Notes under the pieces: generated by a model
Seen by the model: only the letters and a program-made list of their open reading frames with translations
The model's database searches: none
What the model was told of the DNA's origin: nothing
Shown here: piece after piece, positions 1-11,491 of the stretch
How positions within the stretch are numbered: position 1 is the stretch's first letter
How the letters are laid out: the number at the start of each line of letters is the position of its first letter
Made by a program: the position numbers and the translations under genes
Source: Octopus sinensis
Taxonomy: Eukaryota
DNA length: 64,000 nt
Assembly: GCF_006345805.1 (NCBI RefSeq)
Contig: NC_042998.1
Location: 138,508,001-138,572,000, forward strand
Direction of reading: 5' to 3'

Positions 1-26
1 TTGTTGAAGACGTTAGTGAGAGACAT
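1..26 (-). CDS. Probable start of a leftward gene (MSLTNVFN...), product unknown, truncated by window edge
   Basis: ATG at 26-24 on minus strand in context caccaccatcATG, about 100 nt downstream of a TATA box; only 8 codons visible. Confidence 0.35.
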
Positions 27-123
27 GATGGTGGTGACGAAGATGGAGACTGCTGAAATGTGGTCAGTGGTTAGACCTTAGAAGGTCTGGAACCAACAGA
101 CTCCGAGACTAGGAGGAGGTGAA

Positions 124-259
124 TTTTTATAGCTAACGGTTGGCTCAAATGGAGTTTAGAACAGATTGTCTCACGTGATTTATTTGGAGGCTGCGATTGG
201 TTGGGCTGCATATTGGCGCGCAATAGAGTAAGAGACAAATTGTGCCAATACTAACCAAT
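124..259 (-). promoter_or_regulatory. Compact Pol II promoter: TATA box, E-box and four CCAAT boxes
   Basis: CTATAAAAA (132-124, minus), TCACGTGA (171-178), ATTGG at 196 and 212, CCAAT at 245 and 255. Confidence 0.55.
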
Positions 260-302
260 CAGATTGTGTGTGTGCGTGTGTGTGCGCGCGTGTACATGTC
301 TT

Positions 303-386
<84 letters not shown>
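303..386. repeat. (GATA)n microsatellite
   Basis: About 21 perfect GATA units. Confidence 0.98.
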
Positions 387-388
<2 letters not shown>

Positions 389-1576
389 TTTCTTTATTGA
401 CCACACAGGGCTGAACATAGAGGGGACAAATACAGTATAGAGTTTTTTTCTTTTCGAGGGCGGTGGCGAAAACAAATAAATTAGTGACAACGATCAAAAG
501 GGATCGAAATCGTTTGGGATATACACAAAAAGTCGAAATAATACAAAAAGTTCCCAAAAATGGGGAGGTTTAACCGTAGAAAGAAAAACCTACGAAAAGA
601 CCACGGTAACTTCGGTCAAAAATGTCTCATATTAACACATTTATTTACAAGTAAGTAACTCTCTGTTTTAAATTTTTTGTTTATTTTTTTCGGTTCATAG
701 AATCATGCTCAAGGTCATTCACACGTACCATCCTTGCTACATTCACACATCATTTTTTTTAAACATTCACTAGACAAAACTTCCCTCTCTGCTCTCACCT
801 TCCTCTTCAAGTGATACTTGAATAAGTTGATGAGAGATTCACCAGAGAGGAAAGCGTTTGTCTCTAGACCTTTCAGACGCATTTCAAGGAAGGAGGTGGG
901 ACAATATTCACGATAAACTCGGTTGATAAACTGACTCGTCCCACACGCGATAGCAGTCGTTCGACATAGGCATACAGGTCGGAAATGGTTGGACACTGTA
1001 CGAGTGCGTGCAGAACGGTTTCGTCGCTCTAGCCGCATCTCGGGTAGGTCGGCCCCGAGTTTCTGTAGAGCTTATCTCGAACGGGTAGCGCTTCTCGATA
1101 GCACTACCACGCCAGGGATCTCTGGAAGTTGTCCATAGATCCCGGCCCGAAAGTCGTCTTAAACAGGCGGATCAGGTATTCCTCGTCGACGTCCAGGTTC
1201 GCCCCGAGATCGTCGTCGTACCTCCCCTCCACTAATCCCCTGTAGAATGCTTTGGTTGTGTTGCAGTCGCTCAAGGTCGACCCGGAACGGCATAGTTGCT
1301 CGAGAGCAACGCGACACTTGCGGTACCATTCGCCCTTCCTCGGCCTCTTTTTGATCCACGACTGCAATTCGGTCATGGAAACGAGCTGCGGGAAAGCGCG
1401 CCTCACAAACGGCGACCATACCTGTTCACCGTCGTCTACGTAGAGCCGGAGATTTTTCAATCTCAGCGCGTGTCTGTGCATCATCAACCGCGGCGTGCCC
1501 AGCCCTACTTTTAACGGGTGTTGGCAGCAAACGGATCGCCTGACAATCGGAACTCATCCTTTCCACAAGAAGTGGA
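387..1576 (-). mobile_element. 5'-truncated Tx1-like (L1 clade) LINE, post-RT and zinc-finger region plus 3' UTR
   Basis: Minus frame reads ..DNFQRSLAW*CYREALPVRDKLYRNSGPTYPRCG*SDETVLHALVQC (zf-RVT-like CxxC..H..C), ORF ends near 715; 3' UTR ends AATAAAGAAAAT at the (TATC)n tract. Confidence 0.8.
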
Positions 1577-1600
1577 AGACAGACAGACAGACAGACAGAC

Positions 1601-1662
<62 letters not shown>
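1577..1662. repeat. (AGAC)n(AGAT)n microsatellite
   Basis: Direct reading. Confidence 0.97.
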
Positions 1663-1663
<1 letters not shown>

Positions 1664-1689
1664 GTGAGTGAATGAGTGAGTGATTGTCA

Positions 1690-1975
1690 TATGCGTATAT
1701 ACACACACCCAGCAGACTAAGGACTTCTTTTTTGGCCATGCTTCAAGAACTCTGCGGAGGTCTCTTGCAGTTCGAAGCAATGATGATTTTTGTAGGTGTT
1801 CTATCTTTACTTTCGTTCCAATCTTTGTATGCCAAGGAGCACCAATTACTATTGGTATCAAGTCCACTTTCTTCATTGTCCACAACATACTTATTTCCCC
1901 ATTTCAATTCATCATAGTTGTTCACTTTTCCTTCATTCTCTTCAATCCTGTTACCAGGCCATGCTATATCAATTA
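1690..1975 (-). mobile_element. 3' fragment of an R4/Dong-clade LINE (restriction-like endonuclease C-terminus)
   Basis: IIDIAWPGNRIEE..NYDELKW / LWTMKKVDLIPIVIGA..HLQKSSLLRTARDLRRVLE resembles the R4/Rex6 RLE tail (VIGALG..QKSA.LGTA.ILRR). Confidence 0.75.
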
Positions 1976-2019
1976 TCAGGCATTTTTTTTTTTTACCTTT
2001 TTTTTCTTCATCAGTATAT

Positions 2020-2191
2020 CGTACATAGCGGTATTTCGCCCGTCTTTACGATCTGAGTTCAAATTCCGCCGAGGTCGACTTTGCCTTTCATCCTTTTGGG
2101 ATCGATAAATTAAGTACCAGTAAAACACTGGTAATATAATTTACAAGTTCCCTCCTCCAAAATTTCAGGCCTTGTGCCGATAATAGAAAGG

Positions 2192-2277
<86 letters not shown>

Positions 2278-2695
2278 GGCGGCGAGCTGACAGAATTCGT
2301 TAGCAGGCTGGACAAGCAGCATTTAGTCCGTCTTTACATTCTGAGTTCAAATTCCGCCGAGATCGACTTCGCTTTTCATCTCTTAGGGGGTCCATAAATT
2401 AAGTACCAGTCAAACACGGGAGTAGATGTAATCGACTTACCCCTCCCCCAAAATTTCAGGCCTTGTGCCTATTAGTAGAAAGGATTATTATTAGGGTGGT
2501 GAGCTGGTAGACTCGTTAGTGCACCGGGCTTAACGACATTTCGCCCGTCATTAGGTTCTGAGTTCAAATTCCGCCGAGGTCGACTTTGTCTTTCATCCTT
2601 TCGGTATTGGTAATATAAGTACCGGTTGAACACGAGGATCGATGTAATCGATTCATCCCCACCCTACAAATTGCTGCCTTTGTGGCAAAATGATT
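2020..2695 (+). mobile_element. Three tandem copies of tRNA-derived SINE family A separated by (CAT)n/(TAT)n
   Basis: Repeated gagttcaaattccgccgaggtcgactttgcctttcatcc..taagtaccag core; same family at ~13215-13795, 14370-14545, 18255-18390, 22094-22497 and 44635-44820. Confidence 0.85.
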
Positions 2696-2724
2696 ATTAT
2701 TAGTATTATTAAATTATTATTATT

Positions 2725-3279
2725 GAGTGAGAGAGCAGTGCATGCCATCAAAGTGACGCTGGGGTAAAATATATGAAGCCCAGTATACTCATCATGACTA
2801 CCCGTCTGATAAGGGTACACTAGGCACATGCATGACAACCATATGTGAGCGACATGGTGATCTCATATCAAGATAAACAGCACATGACCTTGCAGGTGGG
2901 GCCCAGTTAGAATGTTCTTCTGGTCGAGTAACCCATCCCTCTCAAAAGGTCCCTGAATAAGGATTGTTTAAGGATATTGAACGAAACACCCATGTTTCCA
3001 GAGGTGAATTATTCAAACCCCAAAGAATCCCTCTCAACACATGGCAATGATGCTCCCCAACTACTTCTGCTCGTGGTCAGAGAAGCGCATATTGTCAGCC
3101 ACTAAGGGACATGCTCAACTGGTTATGGTCAAACAACCAACAAGCAAATCTGTGGTATTGAGCAGAATATTTGCTGTAGCTCATCTTTTATACCAAGACA
3201 AAACAATGTACATGATAACACTTCCAATCAGTTAAGATCAAAAGTCATGAGAGCCACTGCCTGGTACTGCATCAGGGCA
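2725..3279. mobile_element. Unclassified ~550-bp non-coding interspersed repeat, copy 1
   Basis: Colinear with 12670-13199 and has the same two ends; flanked by (TTA)n. Confidence 0.75.
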
Positions 3280-3289
3280 TTATTATTAC

Positions 3290-3356
<67 letters not shown>

Positions 3357-3357
3357 T
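3280..3357. repeat. (TTA)n microsatellite
   Basis: Direct reading; source of spurious poly-L/poly-N ORFs. Confidence 0.97.
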
Positions 3358-3555
3358 GACAAGCATAGGCGTATAGTATTGTCAGTGACTTCGAAGTTTC
3401 GTTCTGCTATCATCGATGACGGCTTAGCAGGTTGAAAGTTCGAAGTCACTGTCATTATTATTCTTATCAAATATGTACTCTACAATACGCATTGAGTAAT
3501 CCCTCCAGTTTAATGTAAAAGTGCAATTATAACTTGACCCAACAACAATCATTAA

Positions 3556-3556
<1 letters not shown>

Positions 3557-3588
<32 letters not shown>

Positions 3589-3591
3589 ATG

Positions 3592-3654
<63 letters not shown>

Positions 3655-3655
3655 G

Positions 3656-3696
<41 letters not shown>

Positions 3697-3780
3697 AACA
3701 TATATATATATATATATATATATAGGAATATAATATATATATATATATATATAATGAAACACGCGTCTATGTGTGTGTGC
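3557..3780. repeat. Compound (TG)n/(TATG)n/(TA)n microsatellite
   Basis: Direct reading. Confidence 0.95.
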
Positions 3781-4310
3781 GAGAGCTAAAAAAATTAATC
3801 AGCTAAATTTAGTTGTACCGCCTTTGAATGAAAATAACTCTTGAATTGTATGCCCTACAGCGACATCAGCTCTCTGTAAATATTTATATTTATTACTTAT
3901 TTATTTATTATTTATTTATTGAATATCTTCATTTACTTATCTCTCTCTCTCTCTCTCTCTTTTATTTTTTTATATGGCTGAAGCAAACTTGTTTACGGTA
4001 AATTACATTCTTGCAGTAAATAATCACAGGAGAATAGAAAGAATCTTTATTTAATATGTAAGAAACTGATGTAGTTGTTATAATGTGATCTACTATTATT
4101 ATTATTATTCATATTTTCGTGAATATGCTGTAATATTAATAGAATATAAAATATGATAATCTTACAATTTATTTATGCCTCCTCTAATAATAAATGGAAG
4201 TTTGTTAAGTGGGGATATGTTTACACCGGGCACCGCATGATGAATACAATATTTGAAATTTACGAACCGTACATCTGAAAACTGTAAAAATTTTATTTCA
4301 GATTTAAATT

Positions 4311-4352
4311 ATGTCAGAAACTAATGGTTACCTTGTATTCCAACGAGGTCAG
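4311..4352 (+). CDS. SMN1: SMN coding exon 1 (MSETNGYLVFQRGQ)
   Basis: Resembles vertebrate exon-1 end (VLFRRGTGQ); donor CAG|gtactg; acceptor ttttatttcag at 4301 implies an upstream 5' UTR exon. Confidence 0.8.
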
Positions 4353-5712
4353 GTACTGTAACAAACTGTGTATAGGTTTACTTGTGCCAAAATTTGAAAC
4401 CAATGTTTAGTTTGTAAACTTCACGTGCGATTCTTTAATCTGAATATTTGATAACAGTTTTATTGAAGTTAAACTGTTTCTTTGACATGATTGTTTCCAC
4501 ACACTACTTAATAAACTATGTTTCATTTATGCATCATCAGATCAGCTCCGTAACATAATTAACGATCACTCAAACCTTTATTAACATCATGTTAACTGAA
4601 TTGTTATATTGTTCGTCGTAAAATATATTCATTCATTTTAGTTTTCTCACCATATCCATAGAGAACAATTGAAATAGTTACATGGATAAAACACTGGATC
4701 AGCAACCAGCTCATGTATCGTAAATTTAAACATTCTGTTGGGTTTTTGTGCTGGTTGCTTAGTTCTTCATACCTCAGCTAGTCTAACCGTCGGGAATAAG
4801 TATCAGATATGCTGAAAATGTTTTTGGGTTTATGCTAAAAAAAAAAGACTCTCCGGTACATGCTAATCTAGAAAATCCGTTTGGTTTTCTTATGCAGTAT
4901 AACCAGACGATAAATTTGATACAATGTTGTATATCTATGCACAGGAATTGTGGTCTTGGTGGAGTAAGCATCTACCAAAGTCTTGATTAAGTGACATAAG
5001 AGTGCATGGTATTACATTTGGTTACTGCTATTGAGCTGAACAACAGTTCACACTAAATGATATATTTTGGAGACATCATCATCCTAATAAAGGGCGAAGA
5101 TTATTCAACTTCATTCGTGTTATTATTGGCAGAGACGTGCACAACATGAAAGTGAGATCCAACCGAAGTTAATGGGGAACAAATGCTCGCATTAGCTTTG
5201 GTAGGTCCTTGTGCCTGGCCTTAACTAGGTTGCCTGAAAAAGTCATTTGTACTGGAATGTATCTGTCAGTTCCAAAATGGGATATTTATGTCTATAAATG
5301 TTGCTTCCAAAAGACCTACCCTGACTCCATGAACAGAGACTTCGAAAATATTCTACAATGGAATCACGCCTATCTTGTCTCTTTTAACAGGACAAAGTCA
5401 CAATCATTACATATGACGAATATATTTATTTGTGTTTGTATATATATGTATTTATGTATATAAATGTATGTAATTGTGTGTGTGTATATATATATCTATA
5501 TATTTTTTAATATTTTGCTTAGGCATACCAAGATGTATGTGTTTACATATATATATATATGTGTGTGTGTATTTATGGGTATGTATATATGTGTGTGTGT
5601 ATATATATGGGTATGCATATGTGTGTGTATATGTGTATATATATATGTGTGTGTGTGTATATATATATGTGTGTGTGTGTGTGTGTATATATGTGTATAT
5701 GTACATATGTGT

Positions 5713-7920
5713 GTAGATAAAGCAGTCAAGAGTATGAAGGCAGGAAAAGCCCCCGACCCATCAGGAATCACTGCAGAGATGCTCAAAATATCTGGCAGTG
5801 TCAGCTATAGCCTAGTCACCCGTATAGTTAACCAGGTGATACATGAAGGAGTCATACCCAATGACTGGTGTAGCAGGACCATAGTCAACTGCCACAAAGG
5901 TAAAGGTGACGCTTTAGATACAAATAATTACAGAGTTATCACGTTGTTGGATCAAGTAATGAAGGTCACGCAGAGGATCATAGCCCAACTAATTAGAGAG
6001 AGAGTCAGTTTAGATGAGATGCAGTTTAGGTTCGTGCCAGGGAAAAGCACCACTGATGCTATATTTCTGGTAAGACAGCTGCAGGAGAAATACCTAGCCA
6101 AAGATAAACCTCTGTTGACATGGAGAAAGCCTTTGACAGGGTCCCCCCATCCCTTATCTGGTGGTCAATGAGGAAACTAGGGATAGATGAATGGTTAGTG
6201 AGAGCTGTGCAAGCCATGTACAGGGACGCCGTCAGTAAGGTGAGGGTTGGCAACAAGTACAGTGAGTCCTCAGCCCCCTCCTATTTATCATAGTTCTCCA
6301 GGCAATAACAGGAATTCAAGACAGGATGCCCCTGGGAGTTCCTCTATGCTGATGACCTTGCTCTAACTGCTGAGTCACTATCAACTAGAGGAGAAGTTTC
6401 AGGTGTAGAAGCAAGGATTAGAATCGAAGGGCCTTAGAGTTAACCTGGCTAAAACCAAAGTCCTAATAAGTAGGAGGGCAGGCAAACCACAAATCCCTTC
6501 AGGTAGATGGCCCTGCTCGATCCGTAGAAAAGGCGTAGGTAGAAACTCCATAAGATGTACCCAGTGTAAGCTATGGACGCATAAGAGATGCAGCAATGTC
6601 AAAGGAAGGCTAACTAGGAAGATAGTTTTTGTATGTGGCAGATGCTCAGGAGCAATAAACACTGAAAATGTGTAGAGAACAACTTCCGCTACATTCCAGG
6701 GAGAAAAAATAGAAGTAGTTGATAGCTTCCATTACCTAAGTCAGTAGCGGGGGCAGGTGTGCTGAAAGTGTAGCTGCTAGAATAGCCTGGGCAAAGTTCA
6801 GAGAGCTCTTACCTCTGCTGGCGATAAAGGGCCTCTCGCTTAGAGTAAAAGGTAGGCTGTATGACGCATGTGTATGAACAGCCATGCTACATGGCAGTGA
6901 AACATGGACCATGACTGCTGAGGACATGCGTAAGCTCACAAGGAATGAAGCCAGTATGCTCCAATGAATGTGTAATGTCAGTGTGCATACTCAACAGAGT
7001 CTAAGTACCTTGAGAGAAAAGTTGGACCTAAGAAGCATCAGATGTGGTGTGCAAGAGAGACGATTGCGCTGGTATGGTCATGTGGCGAGAATGTATGAAG
7101 ATAGCTGTGTGAAAAAGTGGTTGAGGTAGACCCAGGAAAACCTGGGATAAGGTGATGAAGCATAACCTTCAAACATTAGGCCTCACCAAGGCAACGACTA
7201 GTGACCGAGACCTTGGGAAATATGCTGTGCATGAGAAGACCCGACAGGACAAGTGAGACCATAATCGATGGCCTTTCCAGGGATGTAGCCAGCCCACTTA
7301 TGCATACCTTTCCTTCTTTGGACACAAAACTCTGCTTGCGAAGAACTGTTGAGGCAAGTGAAATCGAACCAAATTCGACGACTGGCATCCATGCCAACCT
7401 CCATTCATTGGACACTAAACTCTGCTTGCGAAGACCTGTAGGGGCAAGTGAAATCGGAATCGAAATTGAACCAAATTCGATGACTGGCACCCATGCCAGT
7501 GGAGTGCTAACAGCTCCATCCGAGCTGGATAACTGCCAGAGCAGCTGTCTGAGTTCCATACCGGTGGCACGTAAAAGGCACCATTTGAGCGTGATCGTTA
7601 CCAGCATCGCCTTACTGGCATGTGAACAAAACATTCAAGCGAGGTCGTTGCCAGGGCCGCTGGAATGACTCCTGTGCAGGTGGCACATAAAAAACAACAT
7701 TTGAGCGTGGCTGTTGCCAGTTCCACCAAACTGGCCCTTGTCCTGGTGGCACATATAAGCACCCACTACACTCTCAGAGTGGCTGGCGTTAGGAAGGGCA
7801 TCCAGCTGTAGAAACTCTGCCAGATCAAGATTGGAGCCTGATGCAGCCATCTGGTTCGCAAGTCCTCAGTCAAATCGTCCAACCCATGCTAGCATGGAAA
7901 GCAGATGTTAAACGATGATG
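5713..7920 (+). mobile_element. 5'-truncated, frameshifted RTE-clade LINE (RT, C-terminus, 3' UTR) in SMN intron 1
   Basis: KAGKAPDPSGITAEMLK, NYRVITLL, QFRFVPGKSTTDAIFLVRQLQEKY, LYADD at ~6343; 3' UTR ends aaacgatgatg. Confidence 0.92.
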
Positions 7921-7974
7921 TGTGTGTGTGTATGTATATATGTTTTTATATATATATATACACACATATATTGG

Positions 7975-8154
7975 TGCAGGAGTGGTTATATAAGTGCAAG
8001 AGTGGCTGTATGGTAAGTATCTTGCTTACCAGCCACATGGTTCTGGGTTCAGTCCCACTGTGTCGCACCTTGCGCAAGTGTCTTCTACTATAACTTCCGG
8101 CCGACCAAAGACTTATGATTGGATTTGGTTGATGGAAACTGAAACAAGCCTATC

Positions 8155-8193
<39 letters not shown>

Positions 8194-8395
8194 TGTGTTG
8201 TCTTTGTCCTCCAACCATTGCTTGACAACCAATTTTGGTGTATTTACGTCCCCATAACTTAGCAGTTCAGCAAAAGAGACAAATAGTTTAAGTACTAGGC
8301 TTACAAAGAATAAATCCTGGAGTTGATTTGTTCGACTGAAGGCGGTGCTCCAGCATAGCCGCAGTCAAATAACTGAAACAAATAAAAATAAAATA
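7975..8395 (+). mobile_element. tRNA-head CORE-type SINE with an internal (TA)n tract
   Basis: gagtggctgtatggtaag head, gggttcagtccc B box, caccttgcgcaagtgtctt CORE-like motif, (TA)n, then conserved 3' half; inverted copy at 46445-46845; partial copies at ~8445, 9515, 10080, 17455, 23125, 33010 and 43140. Confidence 0.8.
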
Positions 8396-8804
8396 AAAAA
8401 GGAAAAAATATATATATACATGTATGTATATATATATATATATGTGTGTCTGTGTTTGTCCCCTACCACTGTTTGATAACTGGTGTTGGTGTGTTTATGT
8501 TGCCATAACTTCATGGTTTGGCAAAAAAGATTGATAGATTGAGTGCCAGTTAAAAAAAATAAGTATTGGGGTTGTCTGTTGGGCTAAAATTCTTCAAGGT
8601 GGAACACCAGCATACTCACAGTCTAATAACTCAAACAAGTTAAGAGATAAAACATAACTCTTAACATTTGATAGATGTGTCTCAAGGATCAATGGGCTTT
8701 GTACACTTCTTTCTACTATCAAATTTACTCATTTATTTAATACATGAGCCCATAGTTATTATATTGAAATAGTTTATTCTCACTCCATAATTTTTCATTC
8801 ACAG

Positions 8805-8879
8805 GACACAGATGATTCTGATATCTGGGATGATACAGCACTTATTAAAGCTTATGACAATGCAGTTGATAACATAAAG
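8805..8879 (+). CDS. SMN1: SMN coding exon 2 (Gemin2-binding DTDDSDIWDDTALIKAYDNAV)
   Basis: Hallmark motif; cag|/|gtctgt; 75 nt, phase 0. Confidence 0.97.
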
Positions 8880-9103
8880 GTCTGTAAATTATATTTTCAG
8901 TTTCTTTTCTCATGACATTGCTGTTTTGCATAATCATTGCAATATGCATTGATTGACCATGTTGAGTAAAATATGACATCTGTATATGTTCTTGTCTTGA
9001 GTTTATTGTTTGGGATTTTTTGGGGTTTTTTTTTATGTATGTGTATGATCATTCTGGTGTTGATTTGATAGATAGTGATTTGTTGATTAAATTGATGTTT
9101 CAG

Positions 9104-9214
9104 GCACAACTTGATGATAAAATGGACTCTGAGCAAAGCCCAACTAATGAGAATGTAAATTGTCAACAAAGTAGAAAAAGCAAAAAACAAACAAAGAAGA
9201 AAAATAAATGCAAG
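9104..9214 (+). CDS. SMN1: SMN coding exon 3 (Lys-rich linker)
   Basis: tttcag|GCA..AAG|gtaaaa; 111 nt open frame AQLDDK..KKKNKCK. Confidence 0.88.
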
Positions 9215-10524
9215 GTAAAAAATTTTTAAATGATTGGTTTTCATCATTTGACTCAAGGCTGACAGAGTGTTTGTTTATTTTTGTCATTTATCTTTATTTA
9301 TTATCTTTCTCTGCTAGTATTTCACCAATACTAGCAGAAACCATGCCAAAGCAAGCATTTGAGCTTAACACAGTCCAATAACTTGCCAGATCCTGTTGAA
9401 CTGTCCAACTCATTTCAGCATAGAAAAAAAAAACAGACATTAACTGATTATGGTGATGATATAAACAAGATGGTTTTTTGAAAATTCTAAAATTCGTATA
9501 TTAACTATCTATACAGGTGCAGGCATGGCTGTGTGGTAAGAAGATTGCTTCCCAACCACACAGTTCCAGGTTCAGTCCCACTGCATGACACCTTGGGCAA
9601 GTGTCATCTACTATAGCCTCAGGCCAACCAAAGCCTTGTGAGTGGATTTGGTAGAAGCCTGTTGTATATCATTGCTATTATGCAAAAGTGCCATAAGTCC
9701 AAAACGTTACTTTTTAAGAAAACAAAAAAAATAGTTTCACCATTCCATTTCTTTTTACATTAGCAACAGTGTCAGCTTAATAATCCTTTGTTGGGTGCAT
9801 AAAATCGTAATTCCATGCATGTATGATATTTTCAGTCAGAAATGTTTTTGCAAAACTGTCATATGTGGGACTTACTACACTTTTGAAAAATGCTAAACCG
9901 TTGCACTACACTTTGACAATTTTCATATCTTGGTATCTGAAGCAGCTGGAGATACTATAGTTTGACCAAAAGAACCAGCTATTGCAAGCAAAAATAAATA
10001 TTAAACAAAACACATTTGGCCAAATTTGGACATACGACAGTTTAACATAATAACACTATATATATATGCATGTGTGTGTGTCTTTATGTCTGTGTTTGTC
10101 CCCATGTTGGTGAGTTTACATCCCCCATAACTTAGAAGTTCGGCAAAAGAAACTTATAGAATAAGTACTCGGTTTAAAAACTAAGACCTGGGATCGATTC
10201 ATTCAACTAAAACCCTTCAAGCCAGTGCTGTGCAGGATGGTTGCAGTCAAAATGACTGAAACAAGTAAAAGAATGAAACAATAATGAACTGTCGTTAGAA
10301 TAAAAAAAAGTGACATTAAACTTGAGAGTTAAGATGAGAAGTAAAACTGGAAAGACAGAATGAAGCAGAATTAAAAGTAAAAGAATTCTTTTTAATAATA
10401 AGGACTATTACTTACTTTACTTTTTAGTAAATGTTAGAAAATAGTAAATCAACAAATTCAGGTTATTATTGATAGTTTATTTATCAATAAGATTGTTCAA
10501 ATATTCATCAAAAATTATCAGTCT

Positions 10525-10690
10525 CAACCTTTTTCTTACCATACATTGTTGAAATATGCTGACTTTGTCTCAATTAATTTTGGAAATAATGGAGATTTAG
10601 GAAAATAATTTTGTTGTTAAAAATCAGGTTTTGGAACATAAATCACCATGATGAAAGGTTTTAATTTTGATCATTTTAAAGCAAGGAAAG
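10525..10690 (-). mobile_element. Degenerate MITE, same family as 55790-56397
   Basis: Reverse complement matches atttatgttccaaac..attaattga..atatttcaac core. Confidence 0.55.
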
Positions 10691-11302
10691 CAAATTTCTT
10701 AATCACACACCAATGCCTTGTACCTATGTTGGAAATAATTATGAGTTAATGTTTAACATACGGACAGAGAGGCAGGCAGGCATGGTTTATCTAAGATTAT
10801 GTTATCCAATGTTTTCTTCCATTTTTAAGATGGTGGACTGTGTTTTGTGTACAGCTTTGACTGCTATTTCTAGTAGATTGAGCAAACTCATAAGGACCAA
10901 GATCAGTTTTGCCGTTCATTCTTTTGGGGGTCATTGAAGTACTAGTCACATACTAAAGTTGACAGAATCAACTAAAAGAAAATGTCAGGCTTTGTACCAC
11001 TACTGGAAACAATTATAATTATATGAGTTAATGGTCTGAGAAATAGACTGGCTGAACATGTGTGCTATTTGTAATTTTGTTTTGCAAGAAATGATCGTGA
11101 TTGTAGTACTATCTCTTCTCACATCTATGACAAAACACAAGTTATGTATGTACAACACAGTATAATGCAAGAAAGATGTATGAAGTGCATGCATGTGCTA
11201 TTAACACTTATGTTGAGGCATGCCTCAGTGTACATGTATATAATTATGTATAATGCTGCAAATAATAATTTGGTTATTTTCTGGTATGTTGTTGTCCTTC
11301 AG

Positions 11303-11491
11303 TGGAAAGTTGGAGATGAGTGCCTGGCTACCTACACAGAAGACTGTTTACTTTATGAAGCCAAAATAATATCAATCAACTATGAAGATGATACTTGTTT
11401 TGTCCGCTACTCTGGTTATGGCAATGAAGAACAGCAACAGTTATGTGACCTGCTTTTACCTGATTCCAAATCTTTCACTTCAGATGCTCAG
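11303..11491 (+). CDS. SMN1: SMN coding exon 4 (Tudor domain)
   Basis: WKVGDECLATYTEDCLLYEAKII..VRYSGYGNEEQ; ccttcag|/|gtatat; 189 nt. Confidence 0.97.

Noticed and set aside
180-557. ORFs rich in YLSI, IY, CV, poly-L/I/N (also 1511-1888, 3228-3762, 5452-5786, 14319-14831)
   Set aside because: Translations of microsatellites; no protein signal apart from the TE fragments noted
2276-2360. tRNA genes at SINE heads
   Set aside because: A/B-box-like sequence runs straight into SINE bodies with no complete cloverleaf
3973-4003. Possible upstream SMN 5' UTR exon ending acg|gtaaat
   Set aside because: A donor-like site alone cannot be told from chance; needs transcript data
4701-4759. 10-bp perfect inverted repeat (agcaaccagc/gctggttgct) as a pre-miRNA
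   Set aside because: Pairing collapses after about 13 bp; too short for a Drosha substrate
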